Shown here: positions 18,670 through 27,999 of the stretch, piece after piece
Layout of the letters: each line of letters opens with the position of its first letter
How positions within the stretch are numbered: the first letter of the stretch is position 1
From: Methanobacteriota archaeon
GTDB lineage: Archaea; Thermoplasmatota; Thermoplasmata; RBG-16-68-12
Reading direction: 5' to 3'
Length of the DNA: 64,000 nt
Assembly (NCBI GenBank): GCA_005878485.1
Contig: VBMG01000046.1
Coordinates: 18 to 64,017, forward strand
Notes under the pieces: generated by a model
The model's input: the letters and a program-made list of their open reading frames with translations, nothing else
Told to the model about the DNA's origin: nothing
Database searches by the model: none
Translations under genes and position numbers: made by a program

Positions 18670-18805
18670 AGCGGGGTGGGGTAGCCAGGATATCCCGTCG
18701 GGCTCATAGCTCGGGACTCCAGGTCCCCGGTGAGACACCCGGAGATCGATGGTTCAAAAGGGCCGCGAGGACGCCCCTCCGGCCCGGGACGTCCATCCCC
18801 CGCTA
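18670..18805 (+). tRNA. Initiator tRNA-Met(CAT) with two introns (18709-18736 at 37/38; 18759-18791 at 59/60)
   Basis: Acceptor AGCGGGG/CCCCGCT (A1-U72), anticodon stem TCGGG/CCCGG with three G-C pairs, CAT at 18705-18707, T-stem GATGG/CCATC; both inserts form bulge-helix-bulge-like junctions. Confidence 0.92.
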
Positions 18806-18864
18806 TCGAACGCGGGCGTACGCGACGCGGTCTCCCTGGTCGGCTCCCGAGGTTGCGTGACGAT

Positions 18865-18886
18865 GTTAACCTTGTTCAAGGTTAAC
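18865..18886. promoter_or_regulatory. Perfect inverted repeat, candidate transcription-factor operator
   Basis: GTTAACCTTG-TT-CAAGGTTAAC in the AT-rich region upstream of the KaiC-like ATPase pair. Confidence 0.5.
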
Positions 18887-18979
18887 CGGGATTTCTCTTT
18901 TCCTATACAAACTACTGCGGCCTGATTCTCACGTCGCAACGTTTATCGGCAGTGGCTCGGGTGGTCCGGCAGGCTTTCG

Positions 18980-20065
18980 ATGGATCGCGTCAAGACGGGC
19001 ATCGTGGGCCTCGACACGATGCTGAACGGCGGCCTTCTGCCCGCCCGACCGTACGTCATCTCCGGGCCCACCGGGAGCGGCAAGACGATCCTCTCGGCGC
19101 ACTTCCTGCTCGAGGGGCTCGGCCAGCACGAACCCTGCCTGCTCGTCACCCTCGACGAACCTCCGATTGAGGTCAAGTCGAACATGGCGACGTTCGGGTG
19201 GAACCTCGACCGGCTCAAGATCCTCGACGCGACCCCGGACATCCGGGCCCACAAGAGGCAGCGGTCCGTGATCGACGTCGGCACGGCCCTCGATGTCCGG
19301 GACATGGAGGACGTCACGGAGATCCGACAGTCTTCCGGGATCCGCGCCCTCGAGGTCAACGTGCACAGCGTCCAGAAGATGATCAAACAGGAGTTCGCTC
19401 ACCATCTCGAGCGGACGAAGGAGCGCTACAAGCGGATCGTGATCGACTCGATGACGGCCCTCAAGATGTTCTCGATGCAGGGCCAGGACAGCCGGGTGCT
19501 GACCCAGTCCTTCCTCCGGTTCCTCGCCGAACTCGAGTCGACGACCCTGATCGTCTCCGAGCGCCTGGACCGGAAGATCCTCGAAACGGAGTTCTTCCTC
19601 TCCCGCGGCGAGATTCGCCTGCACAAGTGGGTCGACGGAAGCGTGGTCCGCCGGGCGATCTCGATCGAGAAGTTCCGCGGCTCGGCGTTCGACGACAAGA
19701 TGCGACCCGTGTCGATTACGGACAAAGGGATGGTCGTCTATCTCGACGGCCCGGCCCAGACGCGCGTCGCCTCGGCGGGCCCCATCGCGGGCGAATCGCT
19801 CCTCGAGACCCGCCTCATCGACGAAGTCTCGAACGTGATCGAGTCGGTCATGAAGGGGATCGAGGATGCCCACCGCCGCCAAGTCCCAATCCGCGACGTT
19901 GAGGTGTCCCTGTCCCGCGCCATGCTCGCGTTCCAGCGCCGGAACTACCGGAAGGCGATGAAGATCGCGCTCGGCTGCGACTCGGACCTGAAAGAACGAC
20001 TGCGCCAGGCGCCGCCCGCGCCGCCCACGGCGATTCCACCCCGACCGCCGCTGGTGGCCCGATGA
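18980..20065 (+). CDS. KaiC/RAD55-family RecA-type ATPase with a C-terminal helical extension
   Basis: KTGIVGLDTML.GG, Walker A GPTGSGKT, TLDEPP, Walker B RIVIDS, IEKFRGS. Confidence 0.9.
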   Translation: MDRVKTGIVGLDTMLNGGLLPARPYVISGPTGSGKTILSAHFLLEGLGQHEPCLLVTLDEPPIEVKSNMATFGWNLDRLKILDATPDIRAHKRQRSVIDVGTALDVRDMEDVTEIRQSSGIRALEVNVHSVQKMIKQEFAHHLERTKERYKRIVIDSMTALKMFSMQGQDSRVLTQSFLRFLAELESTTLIVSERLDRKILETEFFLSRGEIRLHKWVDGSVVRRAISIEKFRGSAFDDKMRPVSITDKGMVVYLDGPAQTRVASAGPIAGESLLETRLIDEVSNVIESVMKGIEDAHRRQVPIRDVEVSLSRAMLAFQRRNYRKAMKIALGCDSDLKERLRQAPPAPPTAIPPRPPLVAR

Positions 20066-20826
20066 CGGCCGCGGCGAAGATCCGTACGGGGATCGCCGGA
20101 CTCGACAAGATGCTCCACGGCGGATTCGTCCCCGGCCGGCCATACATCGTGTCCGGCCCGCCCGGCGCGGGCAAGACGATCCTCGCCATGCAGTTCCTCC
20201 GCGAGGGCTTGGAGGGCGGGGAACGCTGCCTGTTCGTCGCACTCGAGGAGCCGCCGAACGAGCTGAAGATCAACATGCGCGGGTTCCGCTGGAACCTGGA
20301 CGACCTCGACGTCCTCGATGCGAACTCCGACATCCGACGCTTCGAGCCCACCCCAATCCTGGAAATCTCGACGGAGGAGGAGCCGATCAAAGTCCGAGCC
20401 TTGGGAGATCGGATCCGCAAGACCCCGGACTTCGAGAGCAAAGAGGTCACGGTCCACTCGCTGCAACAGCTGCTGAAGACCCTGTTGCTCAAGAGGAACT
20501 ACGAGCGGGTCGTGATCGATTCGATTACCGCGTTGAAGTACTTCTGCATGCGCGAGTTCGAGGAGGCCGTCACGACGCAGTCGTTCATGCGGTACCTCGC
20601 GGAGTCGAAGGTGACCTCCCTGCTCACGCTCGAGCTCCCGGAGGAGGGCGAGGTCCCGCCGGAGGCCTTCCTCGCCCGCGGGGAAATCCGACTGCACAAG
20701 CTCCGCGATGAAACGGGGATCAAGCGGTTCATCTCCGTCGAGAAGTACAAGGGTTCCTCCCACGACGAATTCGTCTACGCGTTCGACATCACGAACGCCG
20801 GGATCGTCCTGAACACGGCGGCGTAA
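20062..20826 (+). CDS. KaiC/RAD55-family ATPase (paralog of the upstream gene)
   Basis: RTGIAGLDKMLHGG, GPPGAGKT, LEEPP, RVVIDS, VEKYKGS; ATGA overlap. Confidence 0.9.
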   Translation: MTAAAKIRTGIAGLDKMLHGGFVPGRPYIVSGPPGAGKTILAMQFLREGLEGGERCLFVALEEPPNELKINMRGFRWNLDDLDVLDANSDIRRFEPTPILEISTEEEPIKVRALGDRIRKTPDFESKEVTVHSLQQLLKTLLLKRNYERVVIDSITALKYFCMREFEEAVTTQSFMRYLAESKVTSLLTLELPEEGEVPPEAFLARGEIRLHKLRDETGIKRFISVEKYKGSSHDEFVYAFDITNAGIVLNTAA

Positions 20827-20888
20827 ACTCAATTCGCCTTCGGACGCCGTTTTCTCGCGGCAGCCCGACGGCGGATGTCAACGCGGAG

Positions 20889-20920
20889 TTTGTCTGACAT
20901 ATGTATGACTACTTTTAAAT
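20889..20920 (+). promoter_or_regulatory. ftsZ promoter: TATA box with an adjacent palindromic element
   Basis: TTTTAAAT at 20913-20920, preceded by TTTGTCTGACATATGTATGAC. Confidence 0.5.
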
Positions 20921-20973
20921 AGGGCCAGATGGATTCGGCCGGCCGTCAGTCTCCTTCGGGATGGGATGGCACA

Positions 20974-22107
20974 ATGAAATCGCTTCTCAACGAGGCTCTG
21001 GCCCGACACCAGGAAGCCGAAGCAAAGGAAGAGCGCGAAGCCGCGAAGCCTAAGGCCGTCGACAAGAAGACGGGCGACGATGAAGAGATCGAGAAGATCG
21101 TCGAATCGATCAACGTCTCGATCAAGATCGTCGGCTGCGGCGGCGGCGGATCGAATACGATCAACCGGTGCAGCGAAGCCGGAATCACGGGCGCACAGCT
21201 CGCCGCGGTGAACACGGATGCGAAGCACCTGCTGTCCGTCCACGCGCCGAAGAAGATCCTCATCGGGAAGCGGCTCACGAAAGGCCTCGGCGCGGGCGCC
21301 CTCCCCGAGGTCGGGGAGCAGGCGGCTCACGAGAACGAAGAGGAGATCCGTGAGTTTCTCCGCGGCGCCCACGTCGTGTTCATCACGGCCGGCATGGGCG
21401 GCGGGACCGGGACCGGCTCCGCGCAGTACGTCGCGCGGGTCGCGAAAGAGGAAGGCGCCCTCACGATGGGCGTGGTCACGATGCCGTTCAAGTCCGAGGG
21501 CCGAATCCGCATGGAGAACGCGGAGGCTGGCCTGGACAAGCTGCGCAAGTTCAGCGACACGACGATCGTCATCTACAACGACAAGCTCCTCGAGCTCGTG
21601 CCTCGCCTTCCAATCAACGCGGCGTTCAAGGTCGCGGACGAGATCCTCATGCAGTCGATCAAAGGAATGACGGAGATCATCACGAAGCCGGGCCTCGTGA
21701 ACCTCGACTACGCCGACCTCATGACGATCATGAAGGGCGGTGGCGTTGCGATGATCGGGATCGGCGAGAGCGAGGAAGAGCGGGATCGGATCGACTATGC
21801 GATCAACGAGGCGCTCGAGTCCCCGCTGCTCGGCGAGGTCGACCTGACCCACGCTCGCGGCGCCCTCGTCCGCGTCGTCGGCGGACCCGACCTGACGGTC
21901 TCGGAAGCGGAGAAGGCCGCCGAAATCGTCGGCCAGAAGATCAACCCGCAGGCGCGGATCATCTGGGGCTGCTCCGTCGAGGACACGCTGGACCACACGG
22001 CCCGGGTGCTCCTCGTCATCACGGGCGTGAAGTCGAAGTCGCTGCTCGGTAAGGAGATCTACACGGGCCCCGTCAAGACGTCCGCCGAAGTGGACGAAGT
22101 ACGCTGA
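20974..22107 (+). CDS. ftsZ: Cell division protein FtsZ
   Basis: [30 protein letters not shown] tubulin signature, NLDYAD T7 loop. Confidence 0.98.
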   Translation: MKSLLNEALARHQEAEAKEEREAAKPKAVDKKTGDDEEIEKIVESINVSIKIVGCGGGGSNTINRCSEAGITGAQLAAVNTDAKHLLSVHAPKKILIGKRLTKGLGAGALPEVGEQAAHENEEEIREFLRGAHVVFITAGMGGGTGTGSAQYVARVAKEEGALTMGVVTMPFKSEGRIRMENAEAGLDKLRKFSDTTIVIYNDKLLELVPRLPINAAFKVADEILMQSIKGMTEIITKPGLVNLDYADLMTIMKGGGVAMIGIGESEEERDRIDYAINEALESPLLGEVDLTHARGALVRVVGGPDLTVSEAEKAAEIVGQKINPQARIIWGCSVEDTLDHTARVLLVITGVKSKSLLGKEIYTGPVKTSAEVDEVR

Positions 22108-22149
22108 CCTCCTCCTCTTTTTACCCGAACCTTTTTCCTTTTCTCCTCT
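22108..22149 (+). terminator. Pyrimidine/T-rich archaeal-type terminator after ftsZ
   Basis: CCTCCTCCTCTTTTTACCCGAACCTTTTTCCTTTTCTCCTCT immediately after the stop codon. Confidence 0.6.
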
Positions 22150-22160
22150 ATCGGCCGAGC

Positions 22161-22490
22161 GTGAGCACGCGGCGGCCGAGGTATCGGTACATCGCGTTCC
22201 GCCTCGAAGGCCCGCGACCGTTCCGTCGGGACGAGGTGCTCGAGGCCCTTCGGACGACGACACCGCGGCTTCGGCTTGTGGACTTCGCAGGGACGTCGGG
22301 CCTCGTCCAGACGAACCATCTTGACAAAGACGCCGCGATTCATGCGCTGACCGCCATCGGAACCATGGGCGGCGAACGGGTCCGCGTGACGACGGTCGGC
22401 ACGTCGGGGACGATTCGCGCGGCGACGCGGAAGTACCTGAGCCGGGTGGACAGCCCGCCACGAGAACCCGGAAAGAACCCTTATAAGTGA
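22161..22490 (+). CDS. rnp2: Ribonuclease P protein component 2 (Pop5/Rpp14)
   Basis: RPRYRYIAF and TVGTSGTIRAA..KYL motifs; conserved position before psmA. Confidence 0.87.
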   Translation: MSTRRPRYRYIAFRLEGPRPFRRDEVLEALRTTTPRLRLVDFAGTSGLVQTNHLDKDAAIHALTAIGTMGGERVRVTTVGTSGTIRAATRKYLSRVDSPPREPGKNPYK

Positions 22491-22520
22491 CCGCTTTATT
22501 AGCGACCCGAGGTTTATCAT

Positions 22521-23246
22521 ATGCAACCGGGCCAGATGGCGTACGACCGTGCGATTACGGTCTTCAGCCCCGACGGCCGCCTTTTCCAGGTTGAGTACGC
22601 TCGCGTCGCGGTCACCCGCGGCAACACGACGGTCGGCCTGAAGTTCAAGGACGGGATCGTCCTGATGGCCGACAAGAAGATCGGGTCGCGGCTCGTTGAG
22701 ACCTCGTCGATTGAGAAGATCTTCCAGATCGACGAGCACGTGGGCGCGGCGACGTCCGGCCTCGTGGCCGACGCACGGGTCCTCGTGGACTACGCCCGGC
22801 TCGTCGCCCAGATCAACAAGGTCACGTACAGCGAGAAGATCGGCGTGGACTTGCTCGTCAAGCGGATTTGCGACTACAAGCAGAACTATACGCAGTACGG
22901 CGGCGTCCGGCCGTTCGGGACTGCGCTCCTCGTGGCCGGCGTGGACGACCTCGGCACCCATCTCTTCGAGACGGACCCGAGCGGGGCCCTGGTCTCGTAT
23001 AAGGCCGGCAGCATCGGCCAGGGCCGCCAGGCCGTCATGGAGCTCCTCGAAGAGAAGTACAAGGAGGCCATGTCGAAGGACGACGCGATGCTACTCGGAC
23101 TCCAAGGGCTTCAGAAGGCCGCGGAAGGCGAGAAGCTCGACGCCCGCGCCATCGAGGTCGGCCTGATCGTCGAGGGGGAGAAGTTCCGCCGACTGTCCGA
23201 GGCGGAAGTCGGGCAATATCTCACTCGACTCCCCGCGGCATCTTAG
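22521..23246 (+). CDS. psmA: Proteasome subunit alpha
   Basis: [20 protein letters not shown] signature, GGVRPFG, ETDPSG. Confidence 0.98.
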   Translation: MQPGQMAYDRAITVFSPDGRLFQVEYARVAVTRGNTTVGLKFKDGIVLMADKKIGSRLVETSSIEKIFQIDEHVGAATSGLVADARVLVDYARLVAQINKVTYSEKIGVDLLVKRICDYKQNYTQYGGVRPFGTALLVAGVDDLGTHLFETDPSGALVSYKAGSIGQGRQAVMELLEEKYKEAMSKDDAMLLGLQGLQKAAEGEKLDARAIEVGLIVEGEKFRRLSEAEVGQYLTRLPAAS

Positions 23247-23254
23247 GCGAGGTC

Positions 23255-23995
23255 ATGCCAAAAGAGCTACGATCGGACCGTCGGGACGATATCTTCAAGG
23301 AATATGTGATTGCCCGCGTCGAGAAAGCGGGCGAGAAGTTCGAGGTCCTCGTGAAGCCCGAGGCCGTTCAGAAGATTCGGGACGGCAAGGACGTGGACCT
23401 GCTGCGCGAGCTCGCGATCGACGAGATCTTCAAGGATGCCCACAAAGGATCGAAGGCGTCCGAGGAGAAGATGACGGAGTTCTTCGGGACCACCGAGGCG
23501 CTCGCCGTCGCGAAACAGATCATCCAACGGGGCGAGATCCAGCTCACGACGGAACAGCGTCGCCAGATGCTCGAGACGAAGCGCAAGCAAATCGTCCAAT
23601 ACATCGCGGCGAACGCGATCAACCCGCAGACGGGCGCGCCCCATCCTCCGCAGCGGATCGAGATCGCGATGGAGGAGGCGAAGGTCCATGTCGATCCGTT
23701 CAAGGCCGTCGAAGAACAGGTCAAGGAGGTCCTGGACGCGTTGCGGCCCCTGATTCCGATCCGGTTCGAAAAGGTCCGGATCGCCGTCAAGTTGAGCGCC
23801 GAAGACAGCGCGAAGGCCTACGGGGACCTCAAGTCGTTCGGTTTGATTCTCAAAGAGGAGTGGTCTCCGACGGGCGCCTGGATCGGTGTCGTCGAGATGC
23901 CCGCCGGCCTGCAGACGGAGTTCCTTGAGCGGCTCAATGCGAAGACGAAGGGCAACGTCGAGACCCGGATCCTGAAGGCAGATCAACGAATCTAG
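23255..23995 (+). CDS. Ribosome maturation factor SBDS/SDO1
   Basis: [34 protein letters not shown]; superoperon position. Confidence 0.95.
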   Translation: MPKELRSDRRDDIFKEYVIARVEKAGEKFEVLVKPEAVQKIRDGKDVDLLRELAIDEIFKDAHKGSKASEEKMTEFFGTTEALAVAKQIIQRGEIQLTTEQRRQMLETKRKQIVQYIAANAINPQTGAPHPPQRIEIAMEEAKVHVDPFKAVEEQVKEVLDALRPLIPIRFEKVRIAVKLSAEDSAKAYGDLKSFGLILKEEWSPTGAWIGVVEMPAGLQTEFLERLNAKTKGNVETRILKADQRI

Positions 23996-24063
23996 CCGCT
24001 CTTGTCTCGTGGCCTGCGCCCCGACCGAGGAATTCGCAGACGGCAATGGGTCGTGGTAAGATC

Positions 24064-24441
24064 TCAGCGGCGCGCCGGCTGGAAGAGTTCAATGGGGTTG
24101 CCGGATGGGTCGTCGACTACAATCTGGGACCCGCCGGGTCCTGTCACGATCGTGTTGCGGAACCGCAAGCCGGCCGCGCGGAGCCGAGCGACCTCGGCGG
24201 CGATGTCGTCCACCACGAGCTGGATCCGATTCCATCCGCCGGGAGCCGGCTGGCGGCCGTCGGGCATCGGTCGTCCTGCCGAACTGGTCGGGCCACTCAG
24301 CAGCAACCGAAGGTCCTCGAGCAGCACATCGGCGAAGGCCGGTGCTGCGTTGGAGAGGAGTCTGAAGCCGAAGTGCGTCGTGTAGAAGGCAACGGCGGCA
24401 TCGACGTCGTTGACCATGTACCGTACGTTGAACCTCGTCAT
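24064..24441 (-). CDS. VOC/glyoxalase family protein
   Basis: VRYMVNDVDAAVAFY…PGGWNRIQLVVDD…DPSGNPIELF. Confidence 0.9.
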   Translation of the reverse strand: MTRFNVRYMVNDVDAAVAFYTTHFGFRLLSNAAPAFADVLLEDLRLLLSGPTSSAGRPMPDGRQPAPGGWNRIQLVVDDIAAEVARLRAAGLRFRNTIVTGPGGSQIVVDDPSGNPIELFQPARR

Positions 24442-24600
24442 CGGATCCTTCCGCCCTCACCAAGACGAGATATTTGAACCTGCGGAGGTCGCCCAGCCGA
24501 GCCGGCGAGTGGGACTCGATTCGCCTTCGCGCGTCCCTTGAAACCGGAAGCCTCAAGTAGGCGCCGCTGTTTCGAAGCGGTGCGTGAGAGAGAGAAACCA

Positions 24601-25290
24601 ATGCAGGGCAGTGGGTCGCTTCGCCCGATCGTCATTCCTGGCGAAGCCGTCGGTGGCCCCGGGCTGAAACCGGGCCCCGGAACGTACAGCGAAGGCGGAC
24701 GACTTTTCGCGGCGCAACTGGGCATTCGGGACGAGCACGATGGCCTGGTCAGCGTGATTCCCCTTAACGGACGGTACCTGCCGCGGCGCGGCGATGCCGT
24801 GATCGGCGAGATCGTCGACCTCGGTCCTTCCCACTGGCTCGTGGACATCAACTCCCCGTATCCCGCTCCCCTCCACGCGACGGAGTCCGCTTGGCGCGTC
24901 GAGTTCGGCGACACCTCGCGATACCTGAAAGTCGGCGACGTCATCATGTGCCACGTCCTGAGCGTCGATGAGATCAAACGGGTCCAGCTCACGATGTCGG
25001 AGCGGGAAGCGCGGAAGCTGAGCGGCGGCATCCTGATGGAGGTCTCTCCGACCAAGGTGCCGCGGGTGATCGGGAAGCAGGCGAGCATGGTGTCCCTGAT
25101 CAAAGACCTGACCCGTTGCCAGATTTACGTGGGTCAGAACGGTCGAATCTGGCTGGACGGGGACGACCGCAGCACCGCGCTCGCCGCGATGGCGATTCGG
25201 TTGATCGAGGACCGGGCCCAAGCGTCCGGCCTCACCGAGGCGGTTCGGGAACTGATCGAGAAGGAAGCGCGAGGGCCGAGGCCCTCGTGA
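24601..25290 (+). CDS. rrp4: Exosome RNA-binding protein Rrp4
   Basis: VIPL.GRYLP..GD.VIG S1 domain; KH domain [20 protein letters not shown]. Confidence 0.95.
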   Translation: MQGSGSLRPIVIPGEAVGGPGLKPGPGTYSEGGRLFAAQLGIRDEHDGLVSVIPLNGRYLPRRGDAVIGEIVDLGPSHWLVDINSPYPAPLHATESAWRVEFGDTSRYLKVGDVIMCHVLSVDEIKRVQLTMSEREARKLSGGILMEVSPTKVPRVIGKQASMVSLIKDLTRCQIYVGQNGRIWLDGDDRSTALAAMAIRLIEDRAQASGLTEAVRELIEKEARGPRPS

Positions 25291-25301
25291 GGAGGGTTTT
25301 C

Positions 25302-26132
25302 ATGGAAGACATCGAGCACTTTGCGAAGGCGATGAAGTTGATTGACGCAGACGGACGCCGGCTGGATGGCCGCAAGTTCAACGAACTGCGACCAATCCGA
25401 ATCGAGGCCGGAGTCCTGCGGCGCGCGGACGGTTCCGCGTACATGGAATGGGGCGGGAACAAGGTCCTCGCGGCCGTCTACGGTCCGCGCGAAGCCCACC
25501 CGAGGCACCTCCAAGATCCGGCGCGGGCGCTCGTCCAGTGTCGGTACAACATGGCGCCGTTCAGCGTCACGGACCGCAAACGTCCGGGCCCCGATCGGCG
25601 TTCGGTCGAAATCTCGAAGGTAATCTCCGAGGCCTTCAGCTCCGTCGTCTTCGCAGAGCAGTTCCCGCGCACGTCCGTGGACATCTTCATCGAGGTCCTC
25701 CAAGCGGACGCAGGGACTCGGTGCGCGGGCTTGACCGCAGCGAGCGTGGCGCTCGCGGATGCCGGCGTCCCGATGCGGGACCTCGTGGCGTCATGCGCGT
25801 CCGGCAAGATTGACGGCGTCGTGTGCCTCGACCTGAACAAGGACGAGGACAACTTCGGGGACGCAGACTGTCCCACGGCCGTCGTCCCGCGCACGGGGGA
25901 GATCGTGCTGCTCCAGATGGACGGGCACCTCACGTCCGATGAGTTCGAGAAGGCCATGGATCTCTCGATCGACGCGGCTCGGCGGATTTACGACCTGCAG
26001 CGCGACGCACTCCGCCGACGATACTCCGTCACCCTTGAAGACATCCTGAAGGAATCTCCGCCGGTCCCGTCGCCCATGCAGCCGGAGGGACGGCTGCCGT
26101 CCGAAGACGACTTCGGTCCGGAGGGGATCTGA
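25302..26132 (+). CDS. rrp41: Exosome exonuclease Rrp41
   Basis: [38 protein letters not shown]; ATG at 25302 with GGAGG. Confidence 0.96.
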   Translation: MEDIEHFAKAMKLIDADGRRLDGRKFNELRPIRIEAGVLRRADGSAYMEWGGNKVLAAVYGPREAHPRHLQDPARALVQCRYNMAPFSVTDRKRPGPDRRSVEISKVISEAFSSVVFAEQFPRTSVDIFIEVLQADAGTRCAGLTAASVALADAGVPMRDLVASCASGKIDGVVCLDLNKDEDNFGDADCPTAVVPRTGEIVLLQMDGHLTSDEFEKAMDLSIDAARRIYDLQRDALRRRYSVTLEDILKESPPVPSPMQPEGRLPSEDDFGPEGI

Positions 26133-26911
26133 TGAGCGAGGAGATCGTGTCCGAGCTCATGCGGGCTCACGTCTACCGCCTTGCGTCGACGGGGCAGCGG
26201 CTGGACGGCCGAGCTCTCGACGAGCCGCGGAAGGTGAGCCTCGAGCGGGCGTTCGTCAAGACGGCGGAAGGGAGCGCCCGCGTGAAGCTCGGCAACACGG
26301 ATGTCTTGGTCGGCATCAAGATGTCCGTGGGCGAACCGTATCCCGACACCCCGAACACAGGCGTCCTCTCGACGAGCGTCGAGCTGATCCCGATGGCGAG
26401 CCCGACCTTCGAGGCGGGACCCCCGCGACCCGAAGCGATCGAACTCGCACGGGTCGTGGACCGCGGGATTCGCGAGTCGAAGATGGTGAGCATGGAGAAG
26501 CTCTGCATCACGCCGAAGGAGAAGGTCTGGATCCTCTTCATCGATATCCATGTCCTCGACTACGACGGGAACCTGTTCGACGCGTGCTCGTACGCCGCCG
26601 TGGCGGCCCTCGCGTCGACGGTTGCGCCCGCAAAGAGCCTGGGGCTCGGGGACGACTTCCCGCTCCCAGTCGAGCACTGGCCCGTGAGTGTCACGACGGC
26701 GAAGATCAAGGATCGACTCTTGGTCGACCCAAGCCTCGACGAAGAGCGGATGGCGGACGCGCGGCTCACCGTGACGACGGACGAGAACGGAGACATCCGC
26801 GCGATGCAAAAAGGCTTAAGTGGAACCTTCTCTTACGACGAAGTGAAGGGGATTATCGAGACCGCCCAGCGAGTCGGGCGGCGCATCCGCCCCTTGCTTC
26901 AATCGTCCTGA
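26132..26911 (+). CDS. rrp42: Exosome component Rrp42
   Basis: AEGSARVKLGNT, ELARVVDRGIRES, DYDGNLFDA, VDPSLDEE. Confidence 0.96.
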   Translation: MSEEIVSELMRAHVYRLASTGQRLDGRALDEPRKVSLERAFVKTAEGSARVKLGNTDVLVGIKMSVGEPYPDTPNTGVLSTSVELIPMASPTFEAGPPRPEAIELARVVDRGIRESKMVSMEKLCITPKEKVWILFIDIHVLDYDGNLFDACSYAAVAALASTVAPAKSLGLGDDFPLPVEHWPVSVTTAKIKDRLLVDPSLDEERMADARLTVTTDENGDIRAMQKGLSGTFSYDEVKGIIETAQRVGRRIRPLLQSS

Positions 26912-26919
26912 GGTCTTCC

Positions 26920-27207
26920 GTGGCCCGTCGCACGCGAAAGGCAGGCATCGTTGGCCGATTCGGCCCCCGCTATGGAGTGCGTATCCGCCGACGGGTCCAA
27001 GAAATCGAGGAAGGCCTGAAGCACCGGCACGCGTGCCCGCGATGCGCTGCGATCTCCGTTCACCGTCGTTCGACCGGCGTGTGGGAATGCCGGCGCTGCG
27101 GTTACGTCTTCGCGGGAGGCGCATACCGTCCGATCGTCACGACGTCGTTCAAACGCGAGATCGCCGAGACCGCTGAGAAACCCGAACCGAAGGCGAAAGA
27201 GGCCTGA
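26920..27207 (+). CDS. rpl37ae: 50S ribosomal protein L37Ae (eL43)
   Basis: GTG start; GRFGPRYG, CPRC…GVWECRRCG..FAGGAY. Confidence 0.96.
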   Translation: MARRTRKAGIVGRFGPRYGVRIRRRVQEIEEGLKHRHACPRCAAISVHRRSTGVWECRRCGYVFAGGAYRPIVTTSFKREIAETAEKPEPKAKEA

Positions 27208-27208
27208 G

Positions 27209-27343
27209 ATGTACAAGTGCGCGAAGTGCCTCGAGCCCATCCGAGCGAACATCAACACGGTGGGAATTCAGTGTGAGCGATGCGGCTCGAAGATGTTCTA
27301 CAAGGAGCGGCCGAACGTCAAGAAGGTCGTCAAGGCGCTGTGA
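27209..27343 (+). CDS. rpoP: DNA-directed RNA polymerase subunit P (Rpo12), below the ORF-track cutoff
   Basis: MYKCAKCLEPIRANINTVGIQCERCGSKMFYKERPNVKKVVKAL*; conserved position after rpl37ae. Confidence 0.93.
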   Translation: MYKCAKCLEPIRANINTVGIQCERCGSKMFYKERPNVKKVVKAL

Positions 27344-27345
27344 CG

Positions 27346-27579
27346 ATGCGACGCGCGACGATCACGTTCGATGGGGCCGACGCGGCGATGGTCTATGAGG
27401 CGTTGCGGCCGGAGACCGGACGCGACGTGCCGAAGGCCCACGTCTCGATGGTGTCCCGTCGGAATCGGCTGACGCTCGGGATCGAGGCAGACGACACGAG
27501 CGCCCTGAGGGCCGCCGTGAACTCGTACTTGCGATGGGCGGACGTGGCCGTCCGGGTGGGGCGGGAAGTGAAACGGTGA
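27346..27579 (+). CDS. pcc1: KEOPS complex subunit Pcc1
   Basis: ALRPE…LTLGIEADDTSALRAAVNSYLRW signature. Confidence 0.9.
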   Translation: MRRATITFDGADAAMVYEALRPETGRDVPKAHVSMVSRRNRLTLGIEADDTSALRAAVNSYLRWADVAVRVGREVKR

Positions 27580-27941
27580 AAGACATCTCTCCGCAACTCC
27601 AGAACCAGATCGCGCAGTATCAGCAGCTGCAAAACCAGCTCCAGGTCCTCGGGACCCAGCGCGTCCAGCTCGAGGCGAAGTTGCGGGAGATCGAAGGAAC
27701 GCTCGAAGAGCTCGGGAAGATCTCGGGCGAGACGCCGATCTACAAGAGCATCGGAATGCTCCTCGTGCGGCAAGACGACCGCGAGGCGCTGAAGAAGGAG
27801 CTCGAGGAGCACAAGGAGACCCTGACGATCCGCGTGAAGTCGATCCAGAAGCAGGAGAAGTCCCTGTCGGAGCGGTACGAGGATCTCGCGGGCAAGATTC
27901 AATCGGCGCTCGGCACGACGCCCTCGGCCGCGGAGGGCTGA
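27576..27941 (+). CDS. pfdB: Prefoldin subunit beta
   Basis: Coiled coils flanking the IYKSIGMLLV hairpin; GTGA overlap. Confidence 0.95.
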   Translation: MKDISPQLQNQIAQYQQLQNQLQVLGTQRVQLEAKLREIEGTLEELGKISGETPIYKSIGMLLVRQDDREALKKELEEHKETLTIRVKSIQKQEKSLSERYEDLAGKIQSALGTTPSAAEG

Positions 27942-27999
27942 ATTCTCTCCCGATAACACCGCCGCAAATCCTTATATCAGCAGGCTTATTGGCGACCTC

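Noticed and set aside
18865-18886. Inverted repeat as a Xer/dif site
   Set aside because: dif sites have ~11-bp arms around a 6-bp spacer; this dyad's geometry does not fit, and no recombinase gene is nearby
18806-18979. Integrated element at either tRNA 3' end
   Set aside because: No duplicated tRNA 3' segment (att site), integrase or cargo seen; the flanking genes are housekeeping-like
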